A stretch of DNA of 64,000 nt from Eubacteriales bacterium (lineage in GTDB: Bacteria > Bacillota > Clostridia > Oscillospirales > CAG-272), in NCBI GenBank assembly GCA_045633005.1, contig JAZQXT010000075.1:20441-84440 (forward strand). Direction: 5' to 3'. The position numbers were made by a program, and so were the translations under genes. Below are positions 47,650 to 56,438 of the stretch, one piece after another. Each line of letters starts with the position of its first letter. The stretch's first letter is position 1. The notes under the pieces were generated by a model. It saw only the letters and a program-made list of their open reading frames with translations. It ran no database searches and was not told where the DNA came from.

Positions 47650-48381
47650 ATGTCAAAAAGAGCCTTGATCATCATAGGAGCGATCATGCTTCTGCCGATA
47701 ATAGTTACCTTGTGTTTTTATATAAGCTATTGCGGCGATAATCCCGTTGTTGCAAGCTACGACGGAGACGTTACGCGAATATCGTATGGTGATAAAACGC
47801 TTATTGCCGTAGAAGGGGAAGAGAATTACAGGTTCAGATACGGCGAATATCTCGGAAAGATAGGCGATAGAAACTTCGGCCCGTCGCTTTATCGCGTGCT
47901 TGACGATGAGAGCGGATGCTATTACGCCGTCGCAGACCGTGACAAGAATCTGCTGTACACCGAGTCGGGCAAGCTTGAGGACGGTATGAAAACGGATAAT
48001 AGCACCGTAACGAGACTTGTTTTTGACAACTATTCGGTAAATATTGAAGGCGTTGACGCGCAAACCGTAAGCGATGCCTTTATCGGCGCGGGAGCAGAGG
48101 AGATCGAAATGAAGCCCTCGGCGTACCGTGACGAAAATCAAAATAAGCAATACCGTGTTTACGATATATGGGTGTCGTACGACGGATCTGCGGTGCTTAC
48201 GGAAAACGCGGGCAAGCTCTTTTATCTCACCGAGGAAAAGAGCTGGATATTCGTTCCCCTCGACGTGTACGAGGAGGGCGTGGAGAAGTACGGTGAGAAC
48301 AGCAGTAAGCTCGTTCTCAAATCTTACGTCGTTAAAGCACCTGCGGCACGACTAATACTCAGCGAATACATACCTAAATAA
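47650..48381 (+). CDS. Hypothetical membrane-anchored protein (243 aa)
   Basis: Single N-terminal TM helix (ALIIIGAIMLLPIIVTLCFYI). Last gene of the 44236-48381 operon, followed by a strong terminator. Confidence 0.6.
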   Translation: MSKRALIIIGAIMLLPIIVTLCFYISYCGDNPVVASYDGDVTRISYGDKTLIAVEGEENYRFRYGEYLGKIGDRNFGPSLYRVLDDESGCYYAVADRDKNLLYTESGKLEDGMKTDNSTVTRLVFDNYSVNIEGVDAQTVSDAFIGAGAEEIEMKPSAYRDENQNKQYRVYDIWVSYDGSAVLTENAGKLFYLTEEKSWIFVPLDVYEEGVEKYGENSSKLVLKSYVVKAPAARLILSEYIPK

Positions 48382-48387
48382 ACGGCG

Positions 48388-48431
48388 AAAAATCTCCGAC
48401 CGTGCATGCCTTTGCACAGTCGGAGATTTTT
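48388..48431 (+). terminator. Intrinsic terminator ending the 44236-48381 operon
   Basis: AAAAATCTCCGAC-(18 nt with inner GTGCA/TGCAC)-GTCGGAGATTTTT. Confidence 0.8.
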
Positions 48432-48598
48432 ATATCCAAAAGCCAATTGTCAACTCAAAACAATAATGGATAAAAATTACAATAAAACTACAAAAAGTAA
48501 ACAAAACGCTTTTTTCGACAAAATTTGAAGGCACAAAAACGTGAAAAATAAAAATTTGTGCAAATTGCCCATAGTGATAGCACAAATAGCTTGCCAAC

Positions 48599-48621
48599 GG
48601 GAGAGGGGGAGGGGAAGGGGG
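48599..48621 (+). other. G-quadruplex-type motif GGG-AGA-GGGGG-A-GGGG-AA-GGGGG
   Basis: Four G-runs of at least 3 nt with loops of 1-3 nt, inside otherwise AT-rich non-coding DNA. Confidence 0.6.
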
Positions 48622-48906
48622 ACTTAGAAATGGTTGCGCGTGCAACTTGCGCAGGTGGGCTTGAGTAAAAATAATTAACTATTGCTTTTTGAGAGCTTAA
48701 AATCGGACGAAAAAACGCTCTGCAAGGTCAAAAAAGGCTAAAAAAGCATTAATGAATGTAATTTTTATTTACTTTATGTAGAGCGTGTGATTTTTTGAAC
48801 AAAGCTTTCACACGCAAAACAAATGCGTTCATCTGACCGCATTACGCGCAGATGTGAAAAAAACTCAAAAATAATGCCTTGGCGCAAGGCTTGAAAAATA
48901 ATTTCG

Positions 48907-48935
48907 TTGACACTTTTTTCAGAATATGTTAATAT
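48907..48935 (+). promoter_or_regulatory. Sigma-A promoter TTGACA-17-(TGt)TAATAT for the 48999-62296 locus
   Basis: Hexamers at 48907-48912 and 48930-48935. Short 5'-UTR hairpin GCGGG-caaaat-CCCGC at 48958-48973. Confidence 0.6.
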
Positions 48936-48998
48936 ATATTTTAGAAATTTATTTTCGGCGGGCAAAATCCCGCAAAAACAAAGGTAGGAGGAGTTGTA

Positions 48999-51900
48999 AT
49001 GACAACAAAATTCCAAAGAATCGTAGCTCTCTTCCTTGCCGTCTGCACCATGATGGGTTGCTTTATGCTTACAGCATATGCCACCGAGTCGTCATCGACG
49101 ACAACGGGCAAGGGCTCCGTCACGAGTAACGCTATCGCAGACGCAGAGGAGCTACTCGATGCTATCACCTATGCAGAGTATCTTGCTTTGTACGGTGATG
49201 ACGCCATATATCCGGCGGGCACCGAAAGCATCGTTATCAATGGCGTTGACTATTATGCCGATAAGACTACGGCTGAAGTCAAGAAGGAAACCTTTGACGG
49301 CGTTGAGGGTCTGGTGACCCCCGAAAACGGCGAGGTTACTTGGAAGGTCAACGTTCCCAAGACGGGTAAGTATGCTATCAAGCTTACTTATTGGCCTGTT
49401 GAGGGTAAGCCCGCGGCTATTCAGCGCGAGTTTAAGATAAACGGCGCCGTTCCCTTCGTTGAGGCTTACTACATCACTCTCTCAAGAGTATGGAAGAACG
49501 TCTACGACGAGGCAAACAAGCACACCATTGCAACGGGTGACGAGCGTTATTTCCAGGCGGACTTCCTCGGAAACGAGATCAGACCGACTATGGTGACCGC
49601 TCCCGAATGGTGCGAGTATTCGCTTAAGGATATCGACGGCTTCTATCAGGATAGCTTTGAGTTCCTTTTCAATGAAGGTGAGAATACCATTACCCTTGAG
49701 GGTATAAGCCAGGCTATGGCTATTTCCACCATCGAGCTCTATCCTTACGAAGAGCCTATCTCTTACGATGAGTACATTAAAAAGTACGAGGGTCAGCCTA
49801 ACGGCACGGGCAAGGTAAAGTTTGAGGCGGAGATTCCCTTTAAGCTCTCCACCAACACCGTATACCCCGTTGAGGACCGCACCTCTGCACTCACCAGCCC
49901 CGTAGATGCATCCTGCACTCTGCTTAACACCCTCGGCGGTGAGAAGTGGCAGACCTCTGGTCAGTGGATAAGCTATCAGTTTACCGTTGATGCCAGCGGA
50001 ATGTACGAGATAACCTCGCGCTTCAGACAGGACATCAACGACGGTATGTATTCCTCTCGCGTACTTTATCTGTACAGCGATGACAGCGTTGCTTCGGGCG
50101 ACCTTGGATACTATAACGGCATTCCCTTCAGCGAGGCAAGAGAGCTTAGATTCAACTACTCCACGGATTGGCAGTCTGCTCCCCTTCAGTACGGCAAGAC
50201 CGTAGTAAAGGAGAACGGCGAGTCCACCGTAGAGCTTTGCGACACTAAATATTACTTTAAGGAAGGCGTTACCTACACCATGAAGCTTGAGGTATCCCTC
50301 GGCTCGATGGGTGAGGTCATAAGCGAGATCGAAAACTCCCTTACCATAATCAACAATGCTTACCTTAACATAATAAGACTTACCGGTTCTAACCCTGACG
50401 AGTATCGTGACTATTATTTCAGCGAGATAATGCCCGATACCATCATCAATATCATTCTTCAGGGCGAGAAGCTCAAGGCTATCGCAGATCAGCTCGCATC
50501 TCTTTCGGGCGAGACGGGATCTAACGTTGCTACTCTTCAGAAGATCGCACGTCTGCTTGAGAGAATGGGCTCCGACGAGGACGAGATAGCAAAGAACCTT
50601 GAGACCCTCAAGACCTATATCGGTACTCTCGGTACTTGGCTCAGCGACGCTAAGAGCCAGCCCCTCCAGCTCGACTACATCGTTATCCAGAGCGCAGAAG
50701 AGGAGCTTCCCGAGGGCGAGGCAGGCTTCTTTGCAGCACTTTGGCACGAGCTTAAGAGCTTCTTCTGGAGCTTCTTCCGCGATTACAACAATATGGGTGC
50801 ATCCGAGGAGACTATCTCGGGTAACGAGACCATCGAGGTCTGGATCGCAACCGGACGTGACCAGAGCCAGGTTCTCCGTAACCTTGTAAACAACGACTTT
50901 ACTCCCACTACGGGCATTCCCGTTAACCTCAAGCTCGTTGCGGCGAATACGCTTCTGCCTTCTATCTTGGCAGGAAGCGGACCTGATTCTTACCTCGGAC
51001 TCAGTGATAACGACGTTATCAACTACGCTATCCGTGGTGCACTCGCTCCCATCGAGAATTACGAGGGCTTTAACGAGGTCTCAACAACGCAGTTTAACGA
51101 GGCTGCAATGATGGTTCTTGGTATCGCAGACGCAAACGAGGTCATGCACTACTACGGACTTCCCGAGACGCAGACCTTCCCGATGATGTTCATCCGTACC
51201 GACATTCTTGCAAATCTCGGTATTGAAAAGCTTGATACTTGGGGAGACCTTCTCTCTGCGGCTACCGTTCTCAGCCAGAACAATATGACCATCGGTCTTT
51301 CCAACGACTATAAGATATTCCTCTATCAGATGGGCAGTGAGCTTTTTGCTGATAACGGAATGAGAGTCAACCTCGACTCCAACCTCGCACTTGATTCCTT
51401 TGAGACCATGTGCGATATGTTCACACAGTACTCCTTCCCCTATAAATTCGACTTTGCAAACCGCTTCCGTACGGGTGAGATGCCCATAGGTATCTCGGCG
51501 TATAACGCAACGTACAACCAGCTCATCGTATTTGCTACCGAGCTTCGCGGACTTTGGGAATTCGTTCCGCTGCCCGGTTATGAGTACGTTGATGAAAACG
51601 GCGAGACCAAGATCAACAACTGTTCCGTTTCTACGGTAACCGCAACCGTTCTTATCAACAACGACGGCGCAAATGCAGAGACGCTTCACAAGAACGCTTG
51701 GGAGTTTATGAAGTGGTATTCGGGCGCTGAGTGTCAGATCAACTACTCCAACGAGATGGTTGCTATCCTCGGTGACTCCGCAAAGCACGCTACCGCAAAC
51801 GTTACCGCGCTCGATTCGATGCCTTGGACCAACAAGGAATATACGAATCTCAGCGCTCAGTTTAAGAACCTTGCTTCTATTCCTAACTACCCCGGTACTT

Positions 51901-52406
51901 ACATCATTCAGCGTTACACTCAGTTCTCGTTCCTGTCTGCGTATAACGACAAGCTCGATCCCACTGATGACCTTCTCGGATATATTCCCGTTATAAATAA
52001 GGAAATATCTCGAAAGAGAGCAGAGTTCGGACTTGAGACCCTTGAGGTCGGTGAGACGCTGGCAAGCAAGCGTCAGTTTATGATACTTGCCGCACTCGGC
52101 GCACTCGACGGACACGGACTTACGAGCGCGGAGGAGGAAAGATATACTTCTCTCGTTACCGTTCTCAGCGACGCGGACAAGACGACCTACGCCGCAGAGA
52201 TAGAGGCACTTAAGAAGGCACTTTCGGATATTCCTTCGTACAGAGCTTATTGTGAGGACGTTTACATCGATGCCCTCAGAGCGGCGGGCGATGCTCTTGA
52301 AGCAGCAAACGCCGAGCTGTTCGGAAACATCTGCAAGTACATCGATGCTTGCGCTGACGCGCTTAAGTCATATCAGGCATCTTACCCTGCTCCCAAAAAG
52401 GGATAA
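48999..52406 (+). CDS. Giant secreted solute-binding protein: two beta-sandwich (CBM-like) modules + helical linker + family-1 SBP domain
   Basis: AGGAGG RBS. Signal peptide MTTKFQRIVALFLAVCTMMGCFMLTAYA. The SBP-like part reads ETIEVWIATGRDQSQVLRNLVNNDFTPTTGIPVNLKLVAANTLLPSILAGSGPDSY. It sits first in an operon with ABC permeases. Confidence 0.72.
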   Translation: MTTKFQRIVALFLAVCTMMGCFMLTAYATESSSTTTGKGSVTSNAIADAEELLDAITYAEYLALYGDDAIYPAGTESIVINGVDYYADKTTAEVKKETFDGVEGLVTPENGEVTWKVNVPKTGKYAIKLTYWPVEGKPAAIQREFKINGAVPFVEAYYITLSRVWKNVYDEANKHTIATGDERYFQADFLGNEIRPTMVTAPEWCEYSLKDIDGFYQDSFEFLFNEGENTITLEGISQAMAISTIELYPYEEPISYDEYIKKYEGQPNGTGKVKFEAEIPFKLSTNTVYPVEDRTSALTSPVDASCTLLNTLGGEKWQTSGQWISYQFTVDASGMYEITSRFRQDINDGMYSSRVLYLYSDDSVASGDLGYYNGIPFSEARELRFNYSTDWQSAPLQYGKTVVKENGESTVELCDTKYYFKEGVTYTMKLEVSLGSMGEVISEIENSLTIINNAYLNIIRLTGSNPDEYRDYYFSEIMPDTIINIILQGEKLKAIADQLASLSGETGSNVATLQKIARLLERMGSDEDEIAKNLETLKTYIGTLGTWLSDAKSQPLQLDYIVIQSAEEELPEGEAGFFAALWHELKSFFWSFFRDYNNMGASEETISGNETIEVWIATGRDQSQVLRNLVNNDFTPTTGIPVNLKLVAANTLLPSILAGSGPDSYLGLSDNDVINYAIRGALAPIENYEGFNEVSTTQFNEAAMMVLGIADANEVMHYYGLPETQTFPMMFIRTDILANLGIEKLDTWGDLLSAATVLSQNNMTIGLSNDYKIFLYQMGSELFADNGMRVNLDSNLALDSFETMCDMFTQYSFPYKFDFANRFRTGEMPIGISAYNATYNQLIVFATELRGLWEFVPLPGYEYVDENGETKINNCSVSTVTATVLINNDGANAETLHKNAWEFMKWYSGAECQINYSNEMVAILGDSAKHATANVTALDSMPWTNKEYTNLSAQFKNLASIPNYPGTYIIQRYTQFSFLSAYNDKLDPTDDLLGYIPVINKEISRKRAEFGLETLEVGETLASKRQFMILAALGALDGHGLTSAEEERYTSLVTVLSDADKTTYAAEIEALKKALSDIPSYRAYCEDVYIDALRAAGDALEAANAELFGNICKYIDACADALKSYQASYPAPKKG

Positions 52407-52445
52407 AGCATTGGATCTAAAATCAACGTAAGGAGAAACAAGTAC

Positions 52446-53393
52446 ATGTCAAGTAACACAGCAACAAAAAAGGCTGTATCCAGAAAAGATATGTCGCGCT
52501 GGCAGTGGACATGGAAAGAGATGAAGCGCAACTGGGTAGCGTACGTTATGATCGCTCCCTTCTGCATAGTCTTCACGCTCTTCACCGTGGCACCGGTTGT
52601 GGTCTCGCTTTTGATAAGCTTTACTGACTTTAACCTGATGCAGATCCCTAACATCGTGTGGCTGGATAACTACATTCGCCTTTTCCTTGATGACGATCTT
52701 TTCCTGACTGCCATCAAAAACACATTCATCTTCGCCGTGATCGTCGGTCCCGCTTCCTATTTGATGTCTCTTATGGTTGCGTGGTTCATCAACGAGCTTA
52801 GCCCCAAGATCCGTGCGATCGTAACCCTTATATTCTACGCTCCCTCCATTTCGGGTCAGGTATACCTTATTTGGGGTACGCTTTTCTCCAGTGACTCATA
52901 CGGCTGGGTAAACGCAACGCTCCTTGACCTTAACCTTATAAGTGAGGAAATAGCGTGGTTTGAAAACGCATCTTACATTATGCCGCTTTGTATCGTGGTT
53001 GCCCTTTGGACCTCGCTTGGAACCTCGTTCCTTAGCTTTATTGCAGGTCTTCAGGGTATTGACCGTTCAATGTACGAGGCGGGCGCGGTTGACGGTATCC
53101 GCAACCGTTGGCAGGAGCTTTGGTACATAACCCTGCCTTCCATGAAGCCGCAGCTGATGTTCGGTGCGGTCATGTCCATCACCAGCTCCTTCGGCTTCGG
53201 CGGAGTCGTTACCTCGCTCTGCGGATTCCCCTCCACCGACTATGCCGCATGGACCATTACTCACCACCTCGACGACTACGGAGGACAGCGTTTTGAGGTT
53301 GGATATTCTTCGGCAATAGCAGTTGTGCTTTTTGCCATCATGATCGGAGCCAACGGCTTGGTCAAGAAAGTCTTGTCAAAGGTAGGACAGTGA
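52446..53393 (+). CDS. Carbohydrate ABC transporter permease (MalF/CUT1 type), pair 1
   Basis: Six hydrophobic segments. EAA loop YEAGAVDGIRNRWQELWYITLPSMKP. Confidence 0.9.
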   Translation: MSSNTATKKAVSRKDMSRWQWTWKEMKRNWVAYVMIAPFCIVFTLFTVAPVVVSLLISFTDFNLMQIPNIVWLDNYIRLFLDDDLFLTAIKNTFIFAVIVGPASYLMSLMVAWFINELSPKIRAIVTLIFYAPSISGQVYLIWGTLFSSDSYGWVNATLLDLNLISEEIAWFENASYIMPLCIVVALWTSLGTSFLSFIAGLQGIDRSMYEAGAVDGIRNRWQELWYITLPSMKPQLMFGAVMSITSSFGFGGVVTSLCGFPSTDYAAWTITHHLDDYGGQRFEVGYSSAIAVVLFAIMIGANGLVKKVLSKVGQ

Positions 53394-53394
53394 T

Positions 53395-54270
53395 ATGGCA
53401 AAGAAATTAAGAACCAGAAAGCATAAAGTCGTTCTTAACCGTTCAGCCGGTGGCGACGCAGGTATCACTTTCATCCTTTTCATTCTCGGCATATTTATGT
53501 TCCTCCCTATGTTTTACGTTATCATGCAGTCTCTCAAGCCTCTTGATGAGCTCTGGATGTTCCCGCCGAGATTTACCGTTTCCAACCCCACGTTCTCCAA
53601 CTTCGGTGATCTGTTCACCCTTATGAACACCTCTTGGGTACCCTTCTCACGTTACATATTCAACACCGTATTCGTGGCTGTAACGGGTACTATAGGAAAC
53701 CTGTTCTTCGGCTCTCTTGCCGCATACGCACTCGCAAAGATCGCGTTCCCCGGCGGAAAGACGATATTCAAAACGATCCGTATGTCGCTGATGTTCCATC
53801 AGACCGTTACGCAGATCACGAACTTCATCATCATGAGTGCTCTCGGCATGCTTGATACCCAGTGGGCTATCATCATTCCCGCATGGGGCTCTACTCTCGG
53901 TCTTTACCTGATGAAGCAGTTTATGGAGACCAACGTTCCCAACACCGTTCTTGAGTCTTCAAGACTTGACGGTGCGAGCGAGCTTAAGACCTTCTGGGTC
54001 ATCGCAATGCCTATGGTTAAGCCCGGTTGGCTTACTCTTATCGTTTACTGTTTCCAGAACCTTTGGAACTCCGGCTCCTCGATCTACATTCACTCCGAGC
54101 AGCTCAAGTCATTCAACTACGCGATCGGTCAGATCACCGCGGGCGGTATCAAGCGTGCGGGTGCATCTGCGGCTGCAACCGTTGTAATGATGATGGTTCC
54201 TATCATGGTATTCGTTATCACCCAGTCGAACATCATCGAAACGATGGGTTCGAGTGGTATGAAGGACTAA
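53395..54270 (+). CDS. Carbohydrate ABC transporter permease (MalG/CUT1 type), pair 1
   Basis: EAA loop LESSRLDGASELKTFWVIAMPMVKP. It starts 1 nt after the upstream stop. Confidence 0.9.
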   Translation: MAKKLRTRKHKVVLNRSAGGDAGITFILFILGIFMFLPMFYVIMQSLKPLDELWMFPPRFTVSNPTFSNFGDLFTLMNTSWVPFSRYIFNTVFVAVTGTIGNLFFGSLAAYALAKIAFPGGKTIFKTIRMSLMFHQTVTQITNFIIMSALGMLDTQWAIIIPAWGSTLGLYLMKQFMETNVPNTVLESSRLDGASELKTFWVIAMPMVKPGWLTLIVYCFQNLWNSGSSIYIHSEQLKSFNYAIGQITAGGIKRAGASAAATVVMMMVPIMVFVITQSNIIETMGSSGMKD

Positions 54271-54282
54271 GGAGGTTGTGTA

Positions 54283-56421
54283 ATGAAGAGATTTATTAGC
54301 ATTATCGCCTTGGTTTTCGCGCTTGTTATGATTTTTGCAGTTCCTGCAAGTGCATTCAAGCCCTATCAGACCTATACCTACTCGATCGACGGCTTTGCGC
54401 TCCACTCTCCCGATGCGTATACTCCCGTAAGAACGGTAGATTCCGCGTATATGGGACTTGAAGTACCCTTTGACGAGCCCCGTGATATCGTTGTCGATGA
54501 AAGCGATAACGTTTATCTCGTTGACTCAAAGAACGACAGAGTTGTAGTTCTCGATAAGTACTTCAAATTCAAATTCGACGTAGATACCTTCGTAAACGAG
54601 CAGGGAGTTGACGACTGCCTGAACAATCCTAACGGCGTGTTCGTAAAGAACGGCGTTATGTACGTTTGCGATACCGACAACGCTCGTATCGTTACCTTTG
54701 ACACTAACGGTAATTTCCTTCGCATCATAGCAGAGCCCGAAAGCTCCCTCTTTGACGAAGGCTCGGCTTATATGCCCATTGCCGTTGCGGTTGACGATTA
54801 CGGCAAGCTCTACGTAGTATCTATGTCCAACTACGAGGGCGTCATCGTTATGGACTACGACGGCGAGTTCATCTGCTTCGTAGGCGCTCAGAAGGTTTCT
54901 CTTACCGCTTGGGAAAAGATCTGGAGAATGTTCCAGACCGACGAGCAGAGAGAGCTCAGCGAAGCAAACATTTCTACAACTTATAATAATATCACAATTG
55001 ATGCGGACGGCTTCATTTATATCACCACCGACGGTATAGACGAGGACGACCAGTATAGCGCTATGACGGGTAAGGATAAGTCGGGCGACTTTGCTCCCGT
55101 TAAGAAGCTCAACCCCGCAGGCGACGAGGTCATGGCGAGAAACGGCTTCTGGCCTCCCTCCGGAGAGCTTGATATATCCCTTACCACCGCAGACGGCTCG
55201 ACGGCAGTTGGTGCTTCGAAGATCGTTGACGTAGCGGTAGGACCCGAGAAGACTTGGTCCATCATCGACGAGAAGAGAAGTAAGATATTCACCTACGACG
55301 AGCAGGGTAACCTCTTGTTCGCATTCGGTGATTTCGGCTCACAGCTCGGAAACCTTGAGAACATCGAGGGTATATGCTACATGAGCGACGGAATGCTTCT
55401 CGTTCTTGACAAAATACTTGATAATATCACCGTTTACCAGAGAACGGAATACGGCGATATCATTATTCAGGCTCTCGCAAATCAGAACTCCCGTCAGTAC
55501 GACAGAGCTATTGACGACTGGTTTGAGATCCTTAAGAGAAACTCCAACTTCGACGCCGCTTATATAGGAATCGGTGATGCGTACTACCGTAACGGTGAGT
55601 ATGAGCTTGCACAGGATTACTACAAGGCAGCGTACGATACTGAGGGTTGGTCCAAGGCATACGCCGAGATCCGTAAGGAATGGATCGGTAAGTACGTATG
55701 GACTGTTCCGATCTTCATAGTTGCAGTAGTTCTCATCGTTTCCAAGCTGTTCAAGAAGGCGGCTAAGGTCAACAAGCACGCGGCTACCGCAGGCGGCAAG
55801 CGTACCTTCGTTGAGGAGCTCGTTTACGGCTTCCACCTTATCTTCCACCCATTCGACGGCTTCTGGGATCTGAAGCACGAAAAACGCGGTTCTCTCCGCG
55901 CCGCGCTGGTTTATCTGGTAGTTACGGTATTCGTATTCTTCTATCAGGCTATCGGCTCGGGTTACCTTGTAAATCCCTATGAGAACCAGTCCTCGGTATT
56001 CGTCCACATTCTCGGAGTTCTTCTCCCCATAATGCTTTGGGTAATATCCAACTGGTGTCTTACCACTCTGTTTGAGGGTGAGGGAAGCCTTAAGGACATC
56101 TTTATTGCGTGCTGCTATGCACTGCTTCCCATAGTTCTCATCTTCATCCCCACTACTATCGCTTCTAACTTCGTACTTCTTGAGGAGCTTGATCTTGTCA
56201 ACGTTCTCAACTCGTTTGCGTTCATTTGGGCAGGACTCTTGATCTTCTCGGGTATGATGATAACTCACGACTACACCGTGAGCAAAAACTTCGTTACCGT
56301 GCTTGGTACGCTTATAGCTATGGTATTTGTAATGTTCGTTGCTATTCTGTTTACAACTCTCGTTGCAAAGATCGTAAGCTTTATTGCCAACATCGTTACC
56401 GAGATCGGCTATCGCTTATAA
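54283..56421 (+). CDS. Fusion protein: signal peptide + NHL-repeat beta-propeller + TPR + C-terminal 5-TM Yip1-like domain
   Basis: NHL-like blades (PRDIVVDESDNVYLVDSKNDRVVVLD, PNGVFVKNGVMYVCDTDNARIVTFD, PIAVAVDDYGKLYVVS, IEGICYMSDGMLLVLD). TPR (IGIGDAYYRNGEYELAQDYYKAAYD). Then multiple TM helices with a Yip1-like layout. Confidence 0.65.
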   Translation: MKRFISIIALVFALVMIFAVPASAFKPYQTYTYSIDGFALHSPDAYTPVRTVDSAYMGLEVPFDEPRDIVVDESDNVYLVDSKNDRVVVLDKYFKFKFDVDTFVNEQGVDDCLNNPNGVFVKNGVMYVCDTDNARIVTFDTNGNFLRIIAEPESSLFDEGSAYMPIAVAVDDYGKLYVVSMSNYEGVIVMDYDGEFICFVGAQKVSLTAWEKIWRMFQTDEQRELSEANISTTYNNITIDADGFIYITTDGIDEDDQYSAMTGKDKSGDFAPVKKLNPAGDEVMARNGFWPPSGELDISLTTADGSTAVGASKIVDVAVGPEKTWSIIDEKRSKIFTYDEQGNLLFAFGDFGSQLGNLENIEGICYMSDGMLLVLDKILDNITVYQRTEYGDIIIQALANQNSRQYDRAIDDWFEILKRNSNFDAAYIGIGDAYYRNGEYELAQDYYKAAYDTEGWSKAYAEIRKEWIGKYVWTVPIFIVAVVLIVSKLFKKAAKVNKHAATAGGKRTFVEELVYGFHLIFHPFDGFWDLKHEKRGSLRAALVYLVVTVFVFFYQAIGSGYLVNPYENQSSVFVHILGVLLPIMLWVISNWCLTTLFEGEGSLKDIFIACCYALLPIVLIFIPTTIASNFVLLEELDLVNVLNSFAFIWAGLLIFSGMMITHDYTVSKNFVTVLGTLIAMVFVMFVAILFTTLVAKIVSFIANIVTEIGYRL

Positions 56422-56438
56422 CGGCAGGAGGATAAAAA

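Noticed and set aside
48430-48645. 71-aa minus-strand ORF with a proline-rich N-terminus (also 48774-49016).
   Set aside because: The proline run is simply the complement of the G-rich tract. There is no RBS, the composition is low-complexity, and the ORF overlaps the terminator. It is unlikely to be coding.
48783-48815. CRP/FNR-like site, because of TGTGA...TCACA.
   Set aside because: The half-sites are separated by 17 nt rather than the 6 nt of CRP/FNR-type boxes. I kept it only as a generic inverted repeat within the finding on the upstream region.
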